Source: Alphaproteobacteria bacterium (GTDB lineage Bacteria > Pseudomonadota > Alphaproteobacteria > CADEGL01). Taken from it: a DNA stretch of 64,000 bases. How positions within the stretch are numbered: the first letter of the stretch is position 1; every line of letters starts with the position of its first letter. Shown here one piece after another: positions 49,870-59,411 of this stretch. The notes beneath the pieces were generated by a model. It was not told the DNA's origin, searched no databases, and saw only the letters and a program-made list of their open reading frames with translations. The DNA is taken from the NCBI GenBank assembly GCA_050180485.1, contig JBFXED010000017.1:17879-81878 (forward strand), written 5' to 3'. Made by a program: the position numbers and the translations under genes.

Positions 49870-50152
49870 GAATCTGGAATCCCTCTGCACTGGCGAAACC
49901 TCCCCTTGGCAGCCGCCCGGCATGGCCGGATATGTCGTGATAATTCCCCAGGATGAGAATCCTCTTTGACTCATGTGTCAAATATTTTGTGTACCTATTT
50001 GACTTGCACCCAAAATCTTGTAGGTTTTGGAGGTCAATGCTTGTGGATAAGTCCTTGAAAAAGAGTCGTTTTCTGATTCCGCGGACGCGGCTTCGGCACC
50101 CGAACGGCACGGAAACGTTGCGCGCTCCGCGGCGGCGATATAGGCCGGTGGC

Positions 50153-51337
50153 ATGACCCCACTCGCCGATACCGCGACTCTCGAAGCCCTGTGCGCTCGC
50201 CTGTCCAAGGCCCCTTACGTCACCGTCGACACCGAGTTCATGCGCGACAAGACCTATTGGCCGCGCCTATGCCTGGTTCAGGTCGCGGGGCCGGACGAGG
50301 CTGCCGTGATCGACCCGTTGGCGACGGGTGTGGATTTGGCGCCCTTCCTGCGTCTTATGGCCGACCCCAAGGTGGTCAAGGTCTTCCACGCCGCGCGTCA
50401 GGACGTGGAAATCTTCTTTCACCTGACCGGCAAGGTGCCCGCGCCGCTGTTCGACACCCAGATCGCCGCCATGGTGGCGGGCTTCGGCGAGCAGGTGTCC
50501 TACGAAACGCTGGTCGCGCATTTCGCCGGTGCGCGCATCGACAAGTCGTCGCGCTTCACCGACTGGTCGCACCGCCCGCTGTCGGAGCGCCAGCTCACCT
50601 ACGCCCTGGCCGACGTCACGCATATGCGCAAGATCTATGAGGCGCTGCGGGCCCAGTTACAGAAGAACAAGCGCGAATCCTGGCTGGCCGAGGAACTGGC
50701 CACGTTGTCGGACCCCGCCACCTATCGCCTGGAACCGGACGAGGCGTGGCAACGGCTGAAGCCACGCGGCATGTCGCCGCGCAGCCTGGCGGTGTTGAAG
50801 GAGATTTCCGCCTGGCGCGAACGTGAAGCGCAGAAACGCGACGTGCCGCGAAACCGCATCGTGCGCGACGAGGCGTTGACCGAGATCGCGGCCGGCCGGC
50901 CGAAGACCGCAGACGAGTTGGCGCGCGTGCGCGCCTTATCCCGCGCCGTCGCCGACGGACCGTTTGGACGTGAGATTCTGGCGGGCGTGGCGCGCGCGCT
51001 GGCGCTGCCGGAAAAGGATTGCCCCTTCCTGCCGGACAAACCTCAGTTGCCGCGCGGCATCGGCCCCACGGTCGAACTGCTCAAGGTTCTGCTCAAGCTC
51101 AAGAGCGAACAACAACATGTGGCCAGCAAACTGATCGCCAACGTCTCGGAACTGGAACGGCTGGCGGCCGGCGAGACCGACCTGCCAGCGCTGCATGGCT
51201 GGCGCCACGAGGTGTTCGGCGCGGACGCCTTGGCGCTGATCGAAGGGCGTCTGGCTTTGGCCATCTCCGGCCGACAGTTGAAGGTCGTGGAGCGGGTGGC
51301 GGACGCGCCGGTGCGGCCCAAGGCGGCCCGGCGCTGA
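50153..51337 (+). CDS. rnd: Ribonuclease D
   Basis: 394 aa. DEDDy 3'-5' exonuclease N-terminus (VTVDTEFMR, ... YALADV) followed by HRDC domains. Confidence 0.85.
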   Translation: MTPLADTATLEALCARLSKAPYVTVDTEFMRDKTYWPRLCLVQVAGPDEAAVIDPLATGVDLAPFLRLMADPKVVKVFHAARQDVEIFFHLTGKVPAPLFDTQIAAMVAGFGEQVSYETLVAHFAGARIDKSSRFTDWSHRPLSERQLTYALADVTHMRKIYEALRAQLQKNKRESWLAEELATLSDPATYRLEPDEAWQRLKPRGMSPRSLAVLKEISAWREREAQKRDVPRNRIVRDEALTEIAAGRPKTADELARVRALSRAVADGPFGREILAGVARALALPEKDCPFLPDKPQLPRGIGPTVELLKVLLKLKSEQQHVASKLIANVSELERLAAGETDLPALHGWRHEVFGADALALIEGRLALAISGRQLKVVERVADAPVRPKAARR

Positions 51338-51338
51338 C

Positions 51339-52118
51339 CTAGAACGTACCCGGGTAAGCGCCGCCGTCGAGCACCATGTTCTGCCCGGTGATGAATCCGG
51401 CCTGAGCGCTGCACAGATAGGCGCAGGCGTCGCCGAACTCGGCCGCCGTGCCGAAGCGCTTGGCTGGATTGGCCTCCATCCGCTCCGCCCGCACCGCATC
51501 CACCGGCTTGCCGGTCTTCTTGGCCGTGGCCTCGAACAGACCGCGCAGGCGGTCGGTATCGAAGGGGCCCGGCAACAGGTTGTTGATCGTCACGTTGTGG
51601 CGCACCGTCTCGCGCGCGATGCCGGCGATGAAGCCCGTAAGGCCCGCGCGCGCGCCGTTCGACAAGCCCAGGATCGGGATCGGCGCCTTCACCGAAGTCG
51701 AAGTGATGTTGACGATGCGGCCGAAGCGCCGCGCGATCATGCCGTCGATCACGGCGCGGATGAACAGGATAGGCGCGATCATGTTGGCGTCGGCCGCGGC
51801 CATCCACTGCTCGCGGCCCCAGTCGCGGAAATCGCCCGGCGGTGGGCCGCCCGCATTGTTGACCAGGATATCGGGTTCCGGGCATGCCTTGAGGATCTTC
51901 CCACGGCCTTCATCGGTGGTGGTGTCGGCCGTGACCGCCGTGACGGTCGCACCCGTGGCGCGCCGGATTTCCTCGGCCGTCGCGTTCAGCGGCCCCTCGT
52001 TGCGCGCCACAAGGGTGATGACCGCGCCCTCGCGGGCCAGAGATTCGGCGCAACCCCGCCCCAGCCCCTTGCTGGCGGCGCAGACGATAGCCTTGCGGCC
52101 CTTGAGCCCCAGATCCAT
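51339..52118 (-). CDS. SDR-family oxidoreductase
   Basis: Start MDLGLKGRKAIVCAASKGLG. NNAG and YxxxK-like motifs. Its stop is 1 nt from the rnd stop (convergent). Confidence 0.8.
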   Translation of the reverse strand: MDLGLKGRKAIVCAASKGLGRGCAESLAREGAVITLVARNEGPLNATAEEIRRATGATVTAVTADTTTDEGRGKILKACPEPDILVNNAGGPPPGDFRDWGREQWMAAADANMIAPILFIRAVIDGMIARRFGRIVNITSTSVKAPIPILGLSNGARAGLTGFIAGIARETVRHNVTINNLLPGPFDTDRLRGLFEATAKKTGKPVDAVRAERMEANPAKRFGTAAEFGDACAYLCSAQAGFITGQNMVLDGGAYPGTF

Positions 52119-52122
52119 GGCG

Positions 52123-52806
52123 TCAGACGTCGATGCCGTGGGAGCGCAGCACATCGCGCACGAAAGGCACGGTGATGTTGCGCCGCGCCGACATGGCGGC
52201 TTCGTCGATCACGGCGACCATCTTGCGCGCCATGGCAAATGACCGCTCGATGCGCGCGACCAGAAAATCGATGACGCCCGGCCCGACGCGGATTTGCCGA
52301 TCGCTGAACATCTTTTCCAAGACGGCCGCGATCAAGGCGTCCTCGGGCTGGCTGACCTCGACCGCCGGCAGCGCCAACAGGCGGGAACGCAGGTCGGGCA
52401 GCGACACCTCCCAACGCGCGGGTGCGCGGCGGGCGGTCAGCAGCATCTTGCCGCCCTGCTCGGCCACGTAGTTGAAGAGATGGAGGAACTGCTTGGGGAG
52501 CTGCTCAGCTGCACGACCGGCGTCGCCGAGGACGAAATGACGAGCATCGCCCATCAGGCGCGGCGGGTCGGATTCGTCGAGCATGGGGGGCGTCAGCAGA
52601 ACCGCGCCCGTGGTGGCGCGGAAAACGTGCGCCAAGTGCGTCTTGCCGCAGCCGGGCTCGCCGTGAATGACCAGCGCGGGCGCCGGCCAGTCCCGCCAGC
52701 GGTCCAGCCACGCCACGGCTTCGCTGTTGCTGGGCGCCACGACGAAATCGTCCATCGCGAGCGCGGGACGGAATTCGAACTGCAGCGGGAGTTGTTGCGT
52801 AATCAA
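52123..52806 (-). CDS. hda: DnaA-regulatory inactivator Hda (HdaA)
   Basis: 227 aa DnaA-domain-III-like AAA+ protein. Walker A GEPGCGKTHL and an arginine finger region. Conserved neighbourhood with purMN. Confidence 0.8.
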   Translation of the reverse strand: MITQQLPLQFEFRPALAMDDFVVAPSNSEAVAWLDRWRDWPAPALVIHGEPGCGKTHLAHVFRATTGAVLLTPPMLDESDPPRLMGDARHFVLGDAGRAAEQLPKQFLHLFNYVAEQGGKMLLTARRAPARWEVSLPDLRSRLLALPAVEVSQPEDALIAAVLEKMFSDRQIRVGPGVIDFLVARIERSFAMARKMVAVIDEAAMSARRNITVPFVRDVLRSHGIDV

Positions 52807-53888
52807 TTCTCTCCGCCTTGCGGGCCGACCGGATGGTCACCCCGGTAGAAGGAACCAGCCAGATAGCGGCTAACGCCGAAACGCGCAAGCACTCCGATGA
52901 CCGCCGCCGCGGGCACGGCGACCAGGACCCCGATGAAGCCCATCAGCGCCCCACCCGCCATCAGGGCGAAAACGATCCAAAGCGGGTGCAGGCCGACCCG
53001 ATCGCCGACCAGCTTGGGTTGGAGGATATTGCCCTCGAAGGCCTGGATGGCGGCGAAGATGGCCGCGATCGTGAGGACGCCTTCCCAAGTGCCAAACTGG
53101 ATGATGGCCAGGCTGATGCAGGCGACAGCGCCGATGGCCGTGCCCACGATGGGGATGACGGCCAGCACGCCGATCAGAATGCCCAACAGAAGGGCGAACT
53201 GCAGGCCCGCGATCGTCAGCGCGATGGCGTAGGCCACGCCGAGGAACAAGCAAACGAACGCCTGACCGCGGATGAAGCCGGCCAGGGCGCGGTCGATGTC
53301 GGCCAGCACCGCGCGGATCGTGCCGGCATGGTTGCGCGGCAGGCAGCGATCGATCGAGGCCACCACTTTAGGCCAGTCCCGCATCAGATAGAACGTCACC
53401 AGCGGCGTGATAAAGACGAGGGAGATAATGTTGATGACGGCCAAGCCGCCGCTCCACAGCCCACCGAACAAGCCCGCCAGCCAGGAGAACGCCTCGCCGG
53501 CATGGCTGCCGACAGTTTCCTGAATCTTCTGGTACTGCTCCGGCGACAGGCGTGCGGTAAATTTGTGCAATCCGCTCTGCGTGATCGCTACGGCGCGGCT
53601 CATCAGATCGGGTAGAGCGTCGATCAATGCGACGATCTGTTCGTACAGAAGCGGCGCGATCACGAAGATGACGCCGGCCACCACGCCCGCGAAGCCGATG
53701 CAGATCACCGTAGTGGAAAGAGCGCGCGACCAGCCGAAACGCTGGAGCCACACAACGACGGGATCGAGCAAGTAGGCCGCCGCCGCGCCGATCAGGAAGG
53801 GTACCAGTACCTCGCGCAGTGCGTTGAACAGCGCACCGACGATAACGGCCACGCCCAGCGCGATCAGCATGCGCTGGAACGGCGTCAT
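52803..53888 (-). CDS. AI-2E-family transporter (PerM/YdiK/UPF0118)
   Basis: Start MTPFQRMLIALGVAV. 7-8 TM segments with the family-typical long second loop. Confidence 0.8.
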   Translation of the reverse strand: MTPFQRMLIALGVAVIVGALFNALREVLVPFLIGAAAAYLLDPVVVWLQRFGWSRALSTTVICIGFAGVVAGVIFVIAPLLYEQIVALIDALPDLMSRAVAITQSGLHKFTARLSPEQYQKIQETVGSHAGEAFSWLAGLFGGLWSGGLAVINIISLVFITPLVTFYLMRDWPKVVASIDRCLPRNHAGTIRAVLADIDRALAGFIRGQAFVCLFLGVAYAIALTIAGLQFALLLGILIGVLAVIPIVGTAIGAVACISLAIIQFGTWEGVLTIAAIFAAIQAFEGNILQPKLVGDRVGLHPLWIVFALMAGGALMGFIGVLVAVPAAAVIGVLARFGVSRYLAGSFYRGDHPVGPQGGEN

Positions 53889-54430
53889 GGCGACGCACCC
53901 ATGCGGGACGCCCGTCGGCCCCACTTGAGCACATAACCCAAGCCGGAGGCGAAAGTGGTAACCGCGACGAAATAGGTCAGAGGCATCTCCACGCCCGGAT
54001 CATGGAAGCCGAAGCCGTTCAACGCCAGCACATAGCCCGCGAAGACAATCTGCGCCACCGTATTGGCCTTGCTGAGCCACATGGGCTCGATCCGCGTCTG
54101 GCTGTTGAGACGGAACACCAACATGGCACCGCCCAGAATCAGGACATCGCGCAGCACGACCAGGAACACTAGCCAGGACGGGATGAAACCCTTGGCTCCC
54201 AGTAGGATATAGATCGACACCAACAGCGCCTTGTCGGCCATCGGGTCGAGGAAGCTGCCGAGCGGCGTGCGCCAATCGAAGCGCTTGGCAAGAAAGCCGT
54301 CGATCCCGTCCGAGATGCCCGCCCCCAGGAAGATCCAGAACGCGAGATCGAGGCGCCCGTTCAACACGACCCAGACCATGAGCGGAACGCACAGAAGCCG
54401 TCCCAGACTGATGATATTGGGCAGGGTCAT
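53885..54430 (-). CDS. pgsA: CDP-diacylglycerol--glycerol-3-phosphate 3-phosphatidyltransferase
   Basis: Start MTLPNIISLGRLL. CDP-alcohol phosphatidyltransferase motif DGxxAR...G...DxxxD (ISDGIDGFLAKRF ... LDPMADK). Confidence 0.8.
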   Translation of the reverse strand: MTLPNIISLGRLLCVPLMVWVVLNGRLDLAFWIFLGAGISDGIDGFLAKRFDWRTPLGSFLDPMADKALLVSIYILLGAKGFIPSWLVFLVVLRDVLILGGAMLVFRLNSQTRIEPMWLSKANTVAQIVFAGYVLALNGFGFHDPGVEMPLTYFVAVTTFASGLGYVLKWGRRASRMGASP

Positions 54431-55578
54431 TGCGGCGCGGACGGCGGCGGGGGAAGCGGCGTGGCCAGCCGCAGGATTCGCGCCTCCCCTTGGGTCTCGA
54501 GGCGAAGGTCGAGCTGGACCAGGGCCTGCGAAAGTTGCGCCTCGTCGCCGACATAATGCAGAACCACATGGGCGTCCCGTTTCGACACGGCGCGCAGATC
54601 GGTGCGCCGGATTTGGGCCACGCGGCCCAGCCGGTTGCGGATCTCGACCCATTCGCGCAAAGAGCCGAACGGCACGTCGGCCTCAAGCGCCTGCTCGCTG
54701 CCGCCAGCGCGCAGCAAGTTGTCCTGTTTCCATCGCTCCTCGATCTGCGTGGCCACGGAATCCGCTGCGCGCTGAAGAAGCGCCTCGCGGCTTTCGCCCG
54801 GAGACGGCTTGAATTTCTCGACCACCGTCTGCGGCGCGCCGGTGGTCCCCAAGCGCGTGCTGGTCACCTGCAGTTCGCCGGTGCTGTCGACCTTCGCCAC
54901 CGCGACCAGCGTTCCGCCCGCGTTGTACTTCGCGGCCAAGGCCTTCAGTTTGACCGAATCGCCGTCACGCGCCTGCTCGGCCTTGATCGTGCCGGTGTCC
55001 GACGGATCGCCCGTAGGCAGAATCATGGGCACCAAGCCGTCGCGCGGCAGCTTCGCATTCCACGCGTCGCGCCAAGGATTGCCAGTATCCCACAACACCG
55101 GCGCAGCGCCGCCTTCATAGACCGGCAGGACGACCAGGGGACGCGATGCGGCCTCGGCGAAAGAAGCGCCCTCGGCGCGCAGCATGGCGCGCACGGCCTC
55201 GGGCTTGAATCGTACATTCAGCTTCGCCACGTAGCGAACGCCGGAGGATTTCTCTTCCGCGATGTCGAAGTCACGCACCAAATCGGCCGCGCGCGACGCC
55301 GTGACGGTGGCCGCGATGCGATCGGAAGCAGGCTTGGCGGCCAGGCGCTTGACCAAGAGCTGCAGCGCCAAGCGCTGGCCTTCGGCGGTGGCGTCGGCGC
55401 GGGCCGCGGCGGCGCTTTGCGCGGTCTTGTCCACGGCCACGCCGGAGACGGTGAAGGGATCGAATGCCCCACCCCGCCCCGCCGTCTGCGCGCGCGCGGG
55501 CGCCGAGCCTACCGCCAGCGACGCGAAAACGAGGAGGATAAGGCCTGCCCAAAGCGCATGGGCGGGGCGATGGACCAT
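54427..55578 (-). CDS. DUF2066-like secreted protein (conserved neighbour of purM in alphaproteobacteria)
   Basis: 383 aa with a signal peptide and an Ala-rich, Pro-rich C-terminus. Divergent from purM. Family assignment is from memory of the domain pattern and is only moderate. Confidence 0.5.
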   Translation of the reverse strand: MVHRPAHALWAGLILLVFASLAVGSAPARAQTAGRGGAFDPFTVSGVAVDKTAQSAAAARADATAEGQRLALQLLVKRLAAKPASDRIAATVTASRAADLVRDFDIAEEKSSGVRYVAKLNVRFKPEAVRAMLRAEGASFAEAASRPLVVLPVYEGGAAPVLWDTGNPWRDAWNAKLPRDGLVPMILPTGDPSDTGTIKAEQARDGDSVKLKALAAKYNAGGTLVAVAKVDSTGELQVTSTRLGTTGAPQTVVEKFKPSPGESREALLQRAADSVATQIEERWKQDNLLRAGGSEQALEADVPFGSLREWVEIRNRLGRVAQIRRTDLRAVSKRDAHVVLHYVGDEAQLSQALVQLDLRLETQGEARILRLATPLPPPPSAPQ

Positions 55579-55737
55579 TGCAAACGGCTCCCCGTAAAGT
55601 ATCTTCGCGGCGCGGGATAAACGCCGGAATCTTATACAAGTTCAGCCGAAGGCGAGGAAGCCATTAGCGGACGCACCTACAGGGACGCGGGCGTCGATAT
55701 CGACGCGGGCGACGCGCTGGTCGAGGCCATCAAGCCG

Positions 55738-56727
55738 ATGGCCCGCTCGACGGAGCGCAAAGGCGTCATGGGCGGGCTGGGCGGCTTCGGCGGCTTGTTC
55801 GACCTCAAGGCGGCCGGCTTCCGTGATCCGGTCCTGGTCTCTTCGACCGACGGCGTCGGCACCAAGCTGAAATTGGCCATCGATCACAAGAAGCATGACG
55901 GCGTCGGCATCGACCTGGTCGCCATGTGCGTCAACGACATCGTCGTCTGCGGCGCGGAGCCGCTTTTCTTCCTCGACTACTACGCGACCGGTAAGCTGAC
56001 CGTCGACGAAGCCAAGGACGTGGTATCCGGCATCGCGCGCGGCTGCCGCGACGCGGGCTGCGCGCTTTTGGGCGGCGAGACGGCCGAGATGCCGGGCATG
56101 TACGCGCGCGGCGACTATGACCTAGCCGGCTTTGCGGTCGGCGCGGTCGAGCGCGGTTCGATCATCGATGGCAGCGCGGTGCGCGAGGGAGACGTGCTGT
56201 TGGGCCTCTCCTCCTCCGGCGTTCATTCCAACGGTTATTCGCTGGTGCGCCGAGTGGTGTCCGACCTGAAGCTCGATCTGGCCAAGCCCGCGCCGTTCGA
56301 TTCTTCGCGTTCGCTGGGTGACGCGCTGCTGGAACCGACGCGCATCTATGTGAAGAGCTGCCTGACCGCGATCCGCGCGGGCGGTGTGAAAGCCCTGGCG
56401 CACATCACGGGCGGCGGCATCGTCGAGAACCTGCCGCGCGTCCTGCCCGAAGGCACCGACGCCGAGATCGACGCGACTGCATGGATCGCACCGCCCGTGT
56501 TCGCCTGGCTGGCCGCGCATGGCGGCATCGCGCCCGCCGAGATGGCGCGCACCTTCAATTGCGGCATCGGCATGATCGTCGCCGTGGCCGAGGCGGACGC
56601 GGCTCGAGTCGCCGAGGTGTTCGCCAACGCGGGCGAGACGGTGCAGCGCATCGGCAAGATCGTGAAAGGCAGCGGCAAGGAGCCCATCGTCCACATGCAG
56701 GGCATGGGCGCGCGATGGCCGCGCTGA
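55738..56727 (+). CDS. purM: Phosphoribosylformylglycinamidine cyclo-ligase (AIR synthetase); true start probably upstream (ATT 55663?)
   Basis: Unmistakable PurM ([23 protein letters not shown], the PurM fold). The conserved N-terminal [21 protein letters not shown] is encoded in-frame at 55675-55737, before the first ATG. No ATG/GTG/TTG occurs in that frame back to the TAA at 55618. Confidence 0.9.
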   Translation: MARSTERKGVMGGLGGFGGLFDLKAAGFRDPVLVSSTDGVGTKLKLAIDHKKHDGVGIDLVAMCVNDIVVCGAEPLFFLDYYATGKLTVDEAKDVVSGIARGCRDAGCALLGGETAEMPGMYARGDYDLAGFAVGAVERGSIIDGSAVREGDVLLGLSSSGVHSNGYSLVRRVVSDLKLDLAKPAPFDSSRSLGDALLEPTRIYVKSCLTAIRAGGVKALAHITGGGIVENLPRVLPEGTDAEIDATAWIAPPVFAWLAAHGGIAPAEMARTFNCGIGMIVAVAEADAARVAEVFANAGETVQRIGKIVKGSGKEPIVHMQGMGARWPR

Positions 56728-57368
56728 AAGTCGGCGTCCTGATTTCCGGACGCGGTTCGAACCTGCAAGCCCTGCTCGACGCTGCGGCCGCGCCAGATTT
56801 CCCTGCCAAGATCGTCGCCGTCGTCTCCAACAAGGCCGACGCGGGCGGGCTGGACCGCGCGAAGCGGGCGGGCGTGCCGGCCTTCGCCATTCCGCACAAG
56901 GATTACACGGATCGCGAGAGCTTCGACCGTGCGGTGGATGCATGCTTGCGTAAACACGGCGTGGAGTTCATCTGCCTCGCGGGCTTCATGCGGCTCTTAA
57001 GCGACTGGTTCATCGGCCAGTGGAAGGACCGGATCGTCAACATCCACCCCTCGCTGCTGCCGTCCTTCAAGGGGCTGCATCCGCAGGCCCAGGCGCTGGA
57101 AGCAGGCGTGCGACTATCCGGCTGTACGGTCCACATAGTGCGGCCCGAATTGGATTCAGGCCCGATCATCGTCCAGGCCGCCGTACCCGTGATGCCGGGC
57201 GACACACCCGAGACGCTGGAAGCCCGCATCCTCACAGCCGAGCACCGCTGCTATCCCCTCGCCCTGCGCCTGATCGCGGAAAAGCGCGTACATATCCAGG
57301 GCGACGTGGTGCGCGTCGACGGCGCGGCGCCGTCGGCCGACGCGTTGTTTCATCCGAAAGCGAACTAG
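56715..57368 (+). CDS. purN: Phosphoribosylglycinamide formyltransferase
   Basis: 217 aa. [19 protein letters not shown], and the Asp/His catalytic region. Overlaps the purM stop by 13 nt. Confidence 0.9.
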   Translation: MAALKVGVLISGRGSNLQALLDAAAAPDFPAKIVAVVSNKADAGGLDRAKRAGVPAFAIPHKDYTDRESFDRAVDACLRKHGVEFICLAGFMRLLSDWFIGQWKDRIVNIHPSLLPSFKGLHPQAQALEAGVRLSGCTVHIVRPELDSGPIIVQAAVPVMPGDTPETLEARILTAEHRCYPLALRLIAEKRVHIQGDVVRVDGAAPSADALFHPKAN

Positions 57369-58528
57369 ACGTAGACGGGTGCCTTCGGACTCTTCGTCAA
57401 ACGCTCGATGCCCGTGTCGGTGATCAGGATCGTCTCGCTGACGCCGATGCCGAACCGAGCCGGGTTCAGCAGATAGACCATGACGTGGAACATCATGTTG
57501 GGCGCGAACACGGTCTGCGAGCCCGGCACGATATTGACCGGCATGGATTGCGCCCAGGTCGGCGGGAAGGCCACGCCGATCGTGTAGCCGAAGCGCGAAT
57601 GGGCGTATTTGGCGCAATCCATCTCGACCACCACCGCGCGGATGGCGCGGTCGAGTGTGTCGATGGTGATGCCCGGCCTCAGCACCGCGAGGCCCGCGTC
57701 GTGGGCGCGCACAGCGCATTCCGCCGCGCGCCGGATTTCCTTATCGGGCTCGCCTGGAATGACGGTGCGGAACAACGGCGAATGGTAGCGTTGGACCGAG
57801 GCCGCGAATTCGATCGCCACGGGCTCGCCCGCCGCGACCATGGTGCCATCCCAGCCCGCATGGGCCAGGCCGCCGCGCCAGCCGACCATGACATTGGGCC
57901 AGGTCGAGCAGTATTCGCTGCCGTGACGGATCAGGCTGGCCAAGGCGACGGCCGCGATCTCGCGGTCCGTGACACCGACTTTCACGGCCTTGATGGTTTC
58001 CAACACCGCCGCGTCGGAAATGGCAGCCGCCTTGCGGAAACACTCGATCTCGGCGGGCGACTTGATCAAACGGCAGGTGTCGACTAGGTGGCTCGCGTCC
58101 ACCAGCGCCGCATCGGCCAACGCGTCGCGCAAAGCTTCGAAGCGCGAGACGCCGAGATACTGGTTGATCTTCTCGACGCCGATGCGCCGCGCGCGCGGAT
58201 ACTTCTCCTTCACCAGCTTGGCGCCCGCCTCGGTCGGTACCGACGTGTCGCCGTAGGTGACGAACTCGTCGATCACCGAATCGTCGGGCATGCACACGAC
58301 GTTGCCCGTCTCGATCGCGCGCGTGACCAGCCGCACCGGACCGTCCGCCGGCACGATCAGGACCTGGAACGCGAAGATGCCCTTGGCCTGATAGCCCGAG
58401 AGCCAGAGAATGTTCTCCGGCGAGGAGACCAGCAACAGGTCGAGCTTGGCCTCCTCCATGGCGCGGCGTGTGCGCGCGATGCGGTCGAGATACTCGGCGC
58501 GGGTGAACGGCAGGGTGTGCTTGGGCAT
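57365..58528 (-). CDS. M24-family metallopeptidase (Xaa-Pro dipeptidase / creatinase-like)
   Basis: Start MPKHTLPFTRAEY with RBS GTGAGG. Creatinase N-domain plus pita-bread C-domain with His/Asp/Glu metal ligands. Confidence 0.8.
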   Translation of the reverse strand: MPKHTLPFTRAEYLDRIARTRRAMEEAKLDLLLVSSPENILWLSGYQAKGIFAFQVLIVPADGPVRLVTRAIETGNVVCMPDDSVIDEFVTYGDTSVPTEAGAKLVKEKYPRARRIGVEKINQYLGVSRFEALRDALADAALVDASHLVDTCRLIKSPAEIECFRKAAAISDAAVLETIKAVKVGVTDREIAAVALASLIRHGSEYCSTWPNVMVGWRGGLAHAGWDGTMVAAGEPVAIEFAASVQRYHSPLFRTVIPGEPDKEIRRAAECAVRAHDAGLAVLRPGITIDTLDRAIRAVVVEMDCAKYAHSRFGYTIGVAFPPTWAQSMPVNIVPGSQTVFAPNMMFHVMVYLLNPARFGIGVSETILITDTGIERLTKSPKAPVYV

Positions 58529-58679
58529 GGCGGCCTCACGGACGGGGGTTCGATCCCGTGAGACTACGCGACCGTCAACGGGCAAAAAAGCATGACCCGG
58601 ACCATGCCGCGAGCCTTCCCCTCGGCCATCGCTTTCGCTATAGAAGCCCGGCCCAAACGCGGACCATGCGAGGATCTTA

Positions 58680-58802
58680 ATGTCAGTTCAGCAACAGCCC
58701 ACGCCCTATGAGCAGAATTGGATCGGTTTCCTGAAGGCGACGAAGTATCTCAGCGTCTTCGTCATCATGGTCCTGGTCCTGATGGCTATTTTCCTGCTCT
58801 GA
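58680..58802 (+). CDS. 40-aa single-TM protein resembling bacterial aa3-type cytochrome c oxidase subunit IV (COX4_pro_2 family)
   Basis: Not in the ORF track (under 60 aa). ATG with RBS GAGGA; MSVQQQPTPYEQNWIGFLKATKYLSVFVIMVLVLMAIFLL. Followed by a strong terminator. Confidence 0.5.
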   Translation: MSVQQQPTPYEQNWIGFLKATKYLSVFVIMVLVLMAIFLL

Positions 58803-58826
58803 ACCGCGTCGCGGCTTCACGAATGC

Positions 58827-58858
58827 AAAGGGCGGCGCCCAAAGGCGCCGCCCTTTTT
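58827..58858. terminator. Bidirectional terminator AAAGGGCGGCGCC-caaa-GGCGCCGCCCTTTTT between the small ORF (+) and ndk (-)
   Basis: Perfect 10-bp GC stem with flanking A/T runs. Confidence 0.6.
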
Positions 58859-58880
58859 CGTTGTCCCGGTGACGCGCTGG

Positions 58881-59303
58881 TCAGCCGACGATTTCGATCC
58901 CGCTGAAGAAGAACGCGATCTCGTTCTTGGCGTTCTCGGCCGAATCCGAACCATGGGCCGAATTGGCCTCGATGGACTCGGCGAATTCCTTGCGGATAGT
59001 GCCCGGCGCCGCCTTGGCGGGATCGGTCGCGCCCATCACTTCGCGATTTTTCTCGACTGCGCTCTCGCCTTCCAGCACCTGCACCACCACGGGGCCGCTG
59101 GTCATGAAGGCGCAAAGGCTCTTGAAGAACGGCCGCTCCTTGTGGACGGCGTAGAACGCCTCGGCCTGGGCCTGGCTCAGATGCAGGCGCTTTTGCGCCA
59201 CGATTTTGAGGCCGGCAGCCTCGAGCTTCGCGTTGATCTTGCCCGTCAGGTTCCGGCGCGTGGCGTCCGGCTTGATGATCGACAGGGTGCGGGTGATGGC
59301 CAT
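58881..59303 (-). CDS. ndk: Nucleoside-diphosphate kinase
   Basis: 140 aa, [14 protein letters not shown]...NSAHGSDS (active-site His in NSAHGSDS). Confidence 0.95.
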   Translation of the reverse strand: MAITRTLSIIKPDATRRNLTGKINAKLEAAGLKIVAQKRLHLSQAQAEAFYAVHKERPFFKSLCAFMTSGPVVVQVLEGESAVEKNREVMGATDPAKAAPGTIRKEFAESIEANSAHGSDSAENAKNEIAFFFSGIEIVG

Positions 59304-59411
59304 GGAAAATCCTCTTCAAATCGGTGGCGCCTTATAGCCGGTCGGTTCTGACCCGACAACCACGGGTGGGTTTCGTATCCGCACCGGGGTTTTTCTCCGT
59401 TTCCGCGTATA

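Noticed and set aside
58535-58562. Cryptic tRNA gene suggested by GGTTCGATCCC
   Set aside because: Only a T-arm-like segment is present, with one stem mismatch. No D-arm, anticodon arm or matching acceptor 5' strand exists. It is reported instead as a 5'-UTR hairpin.
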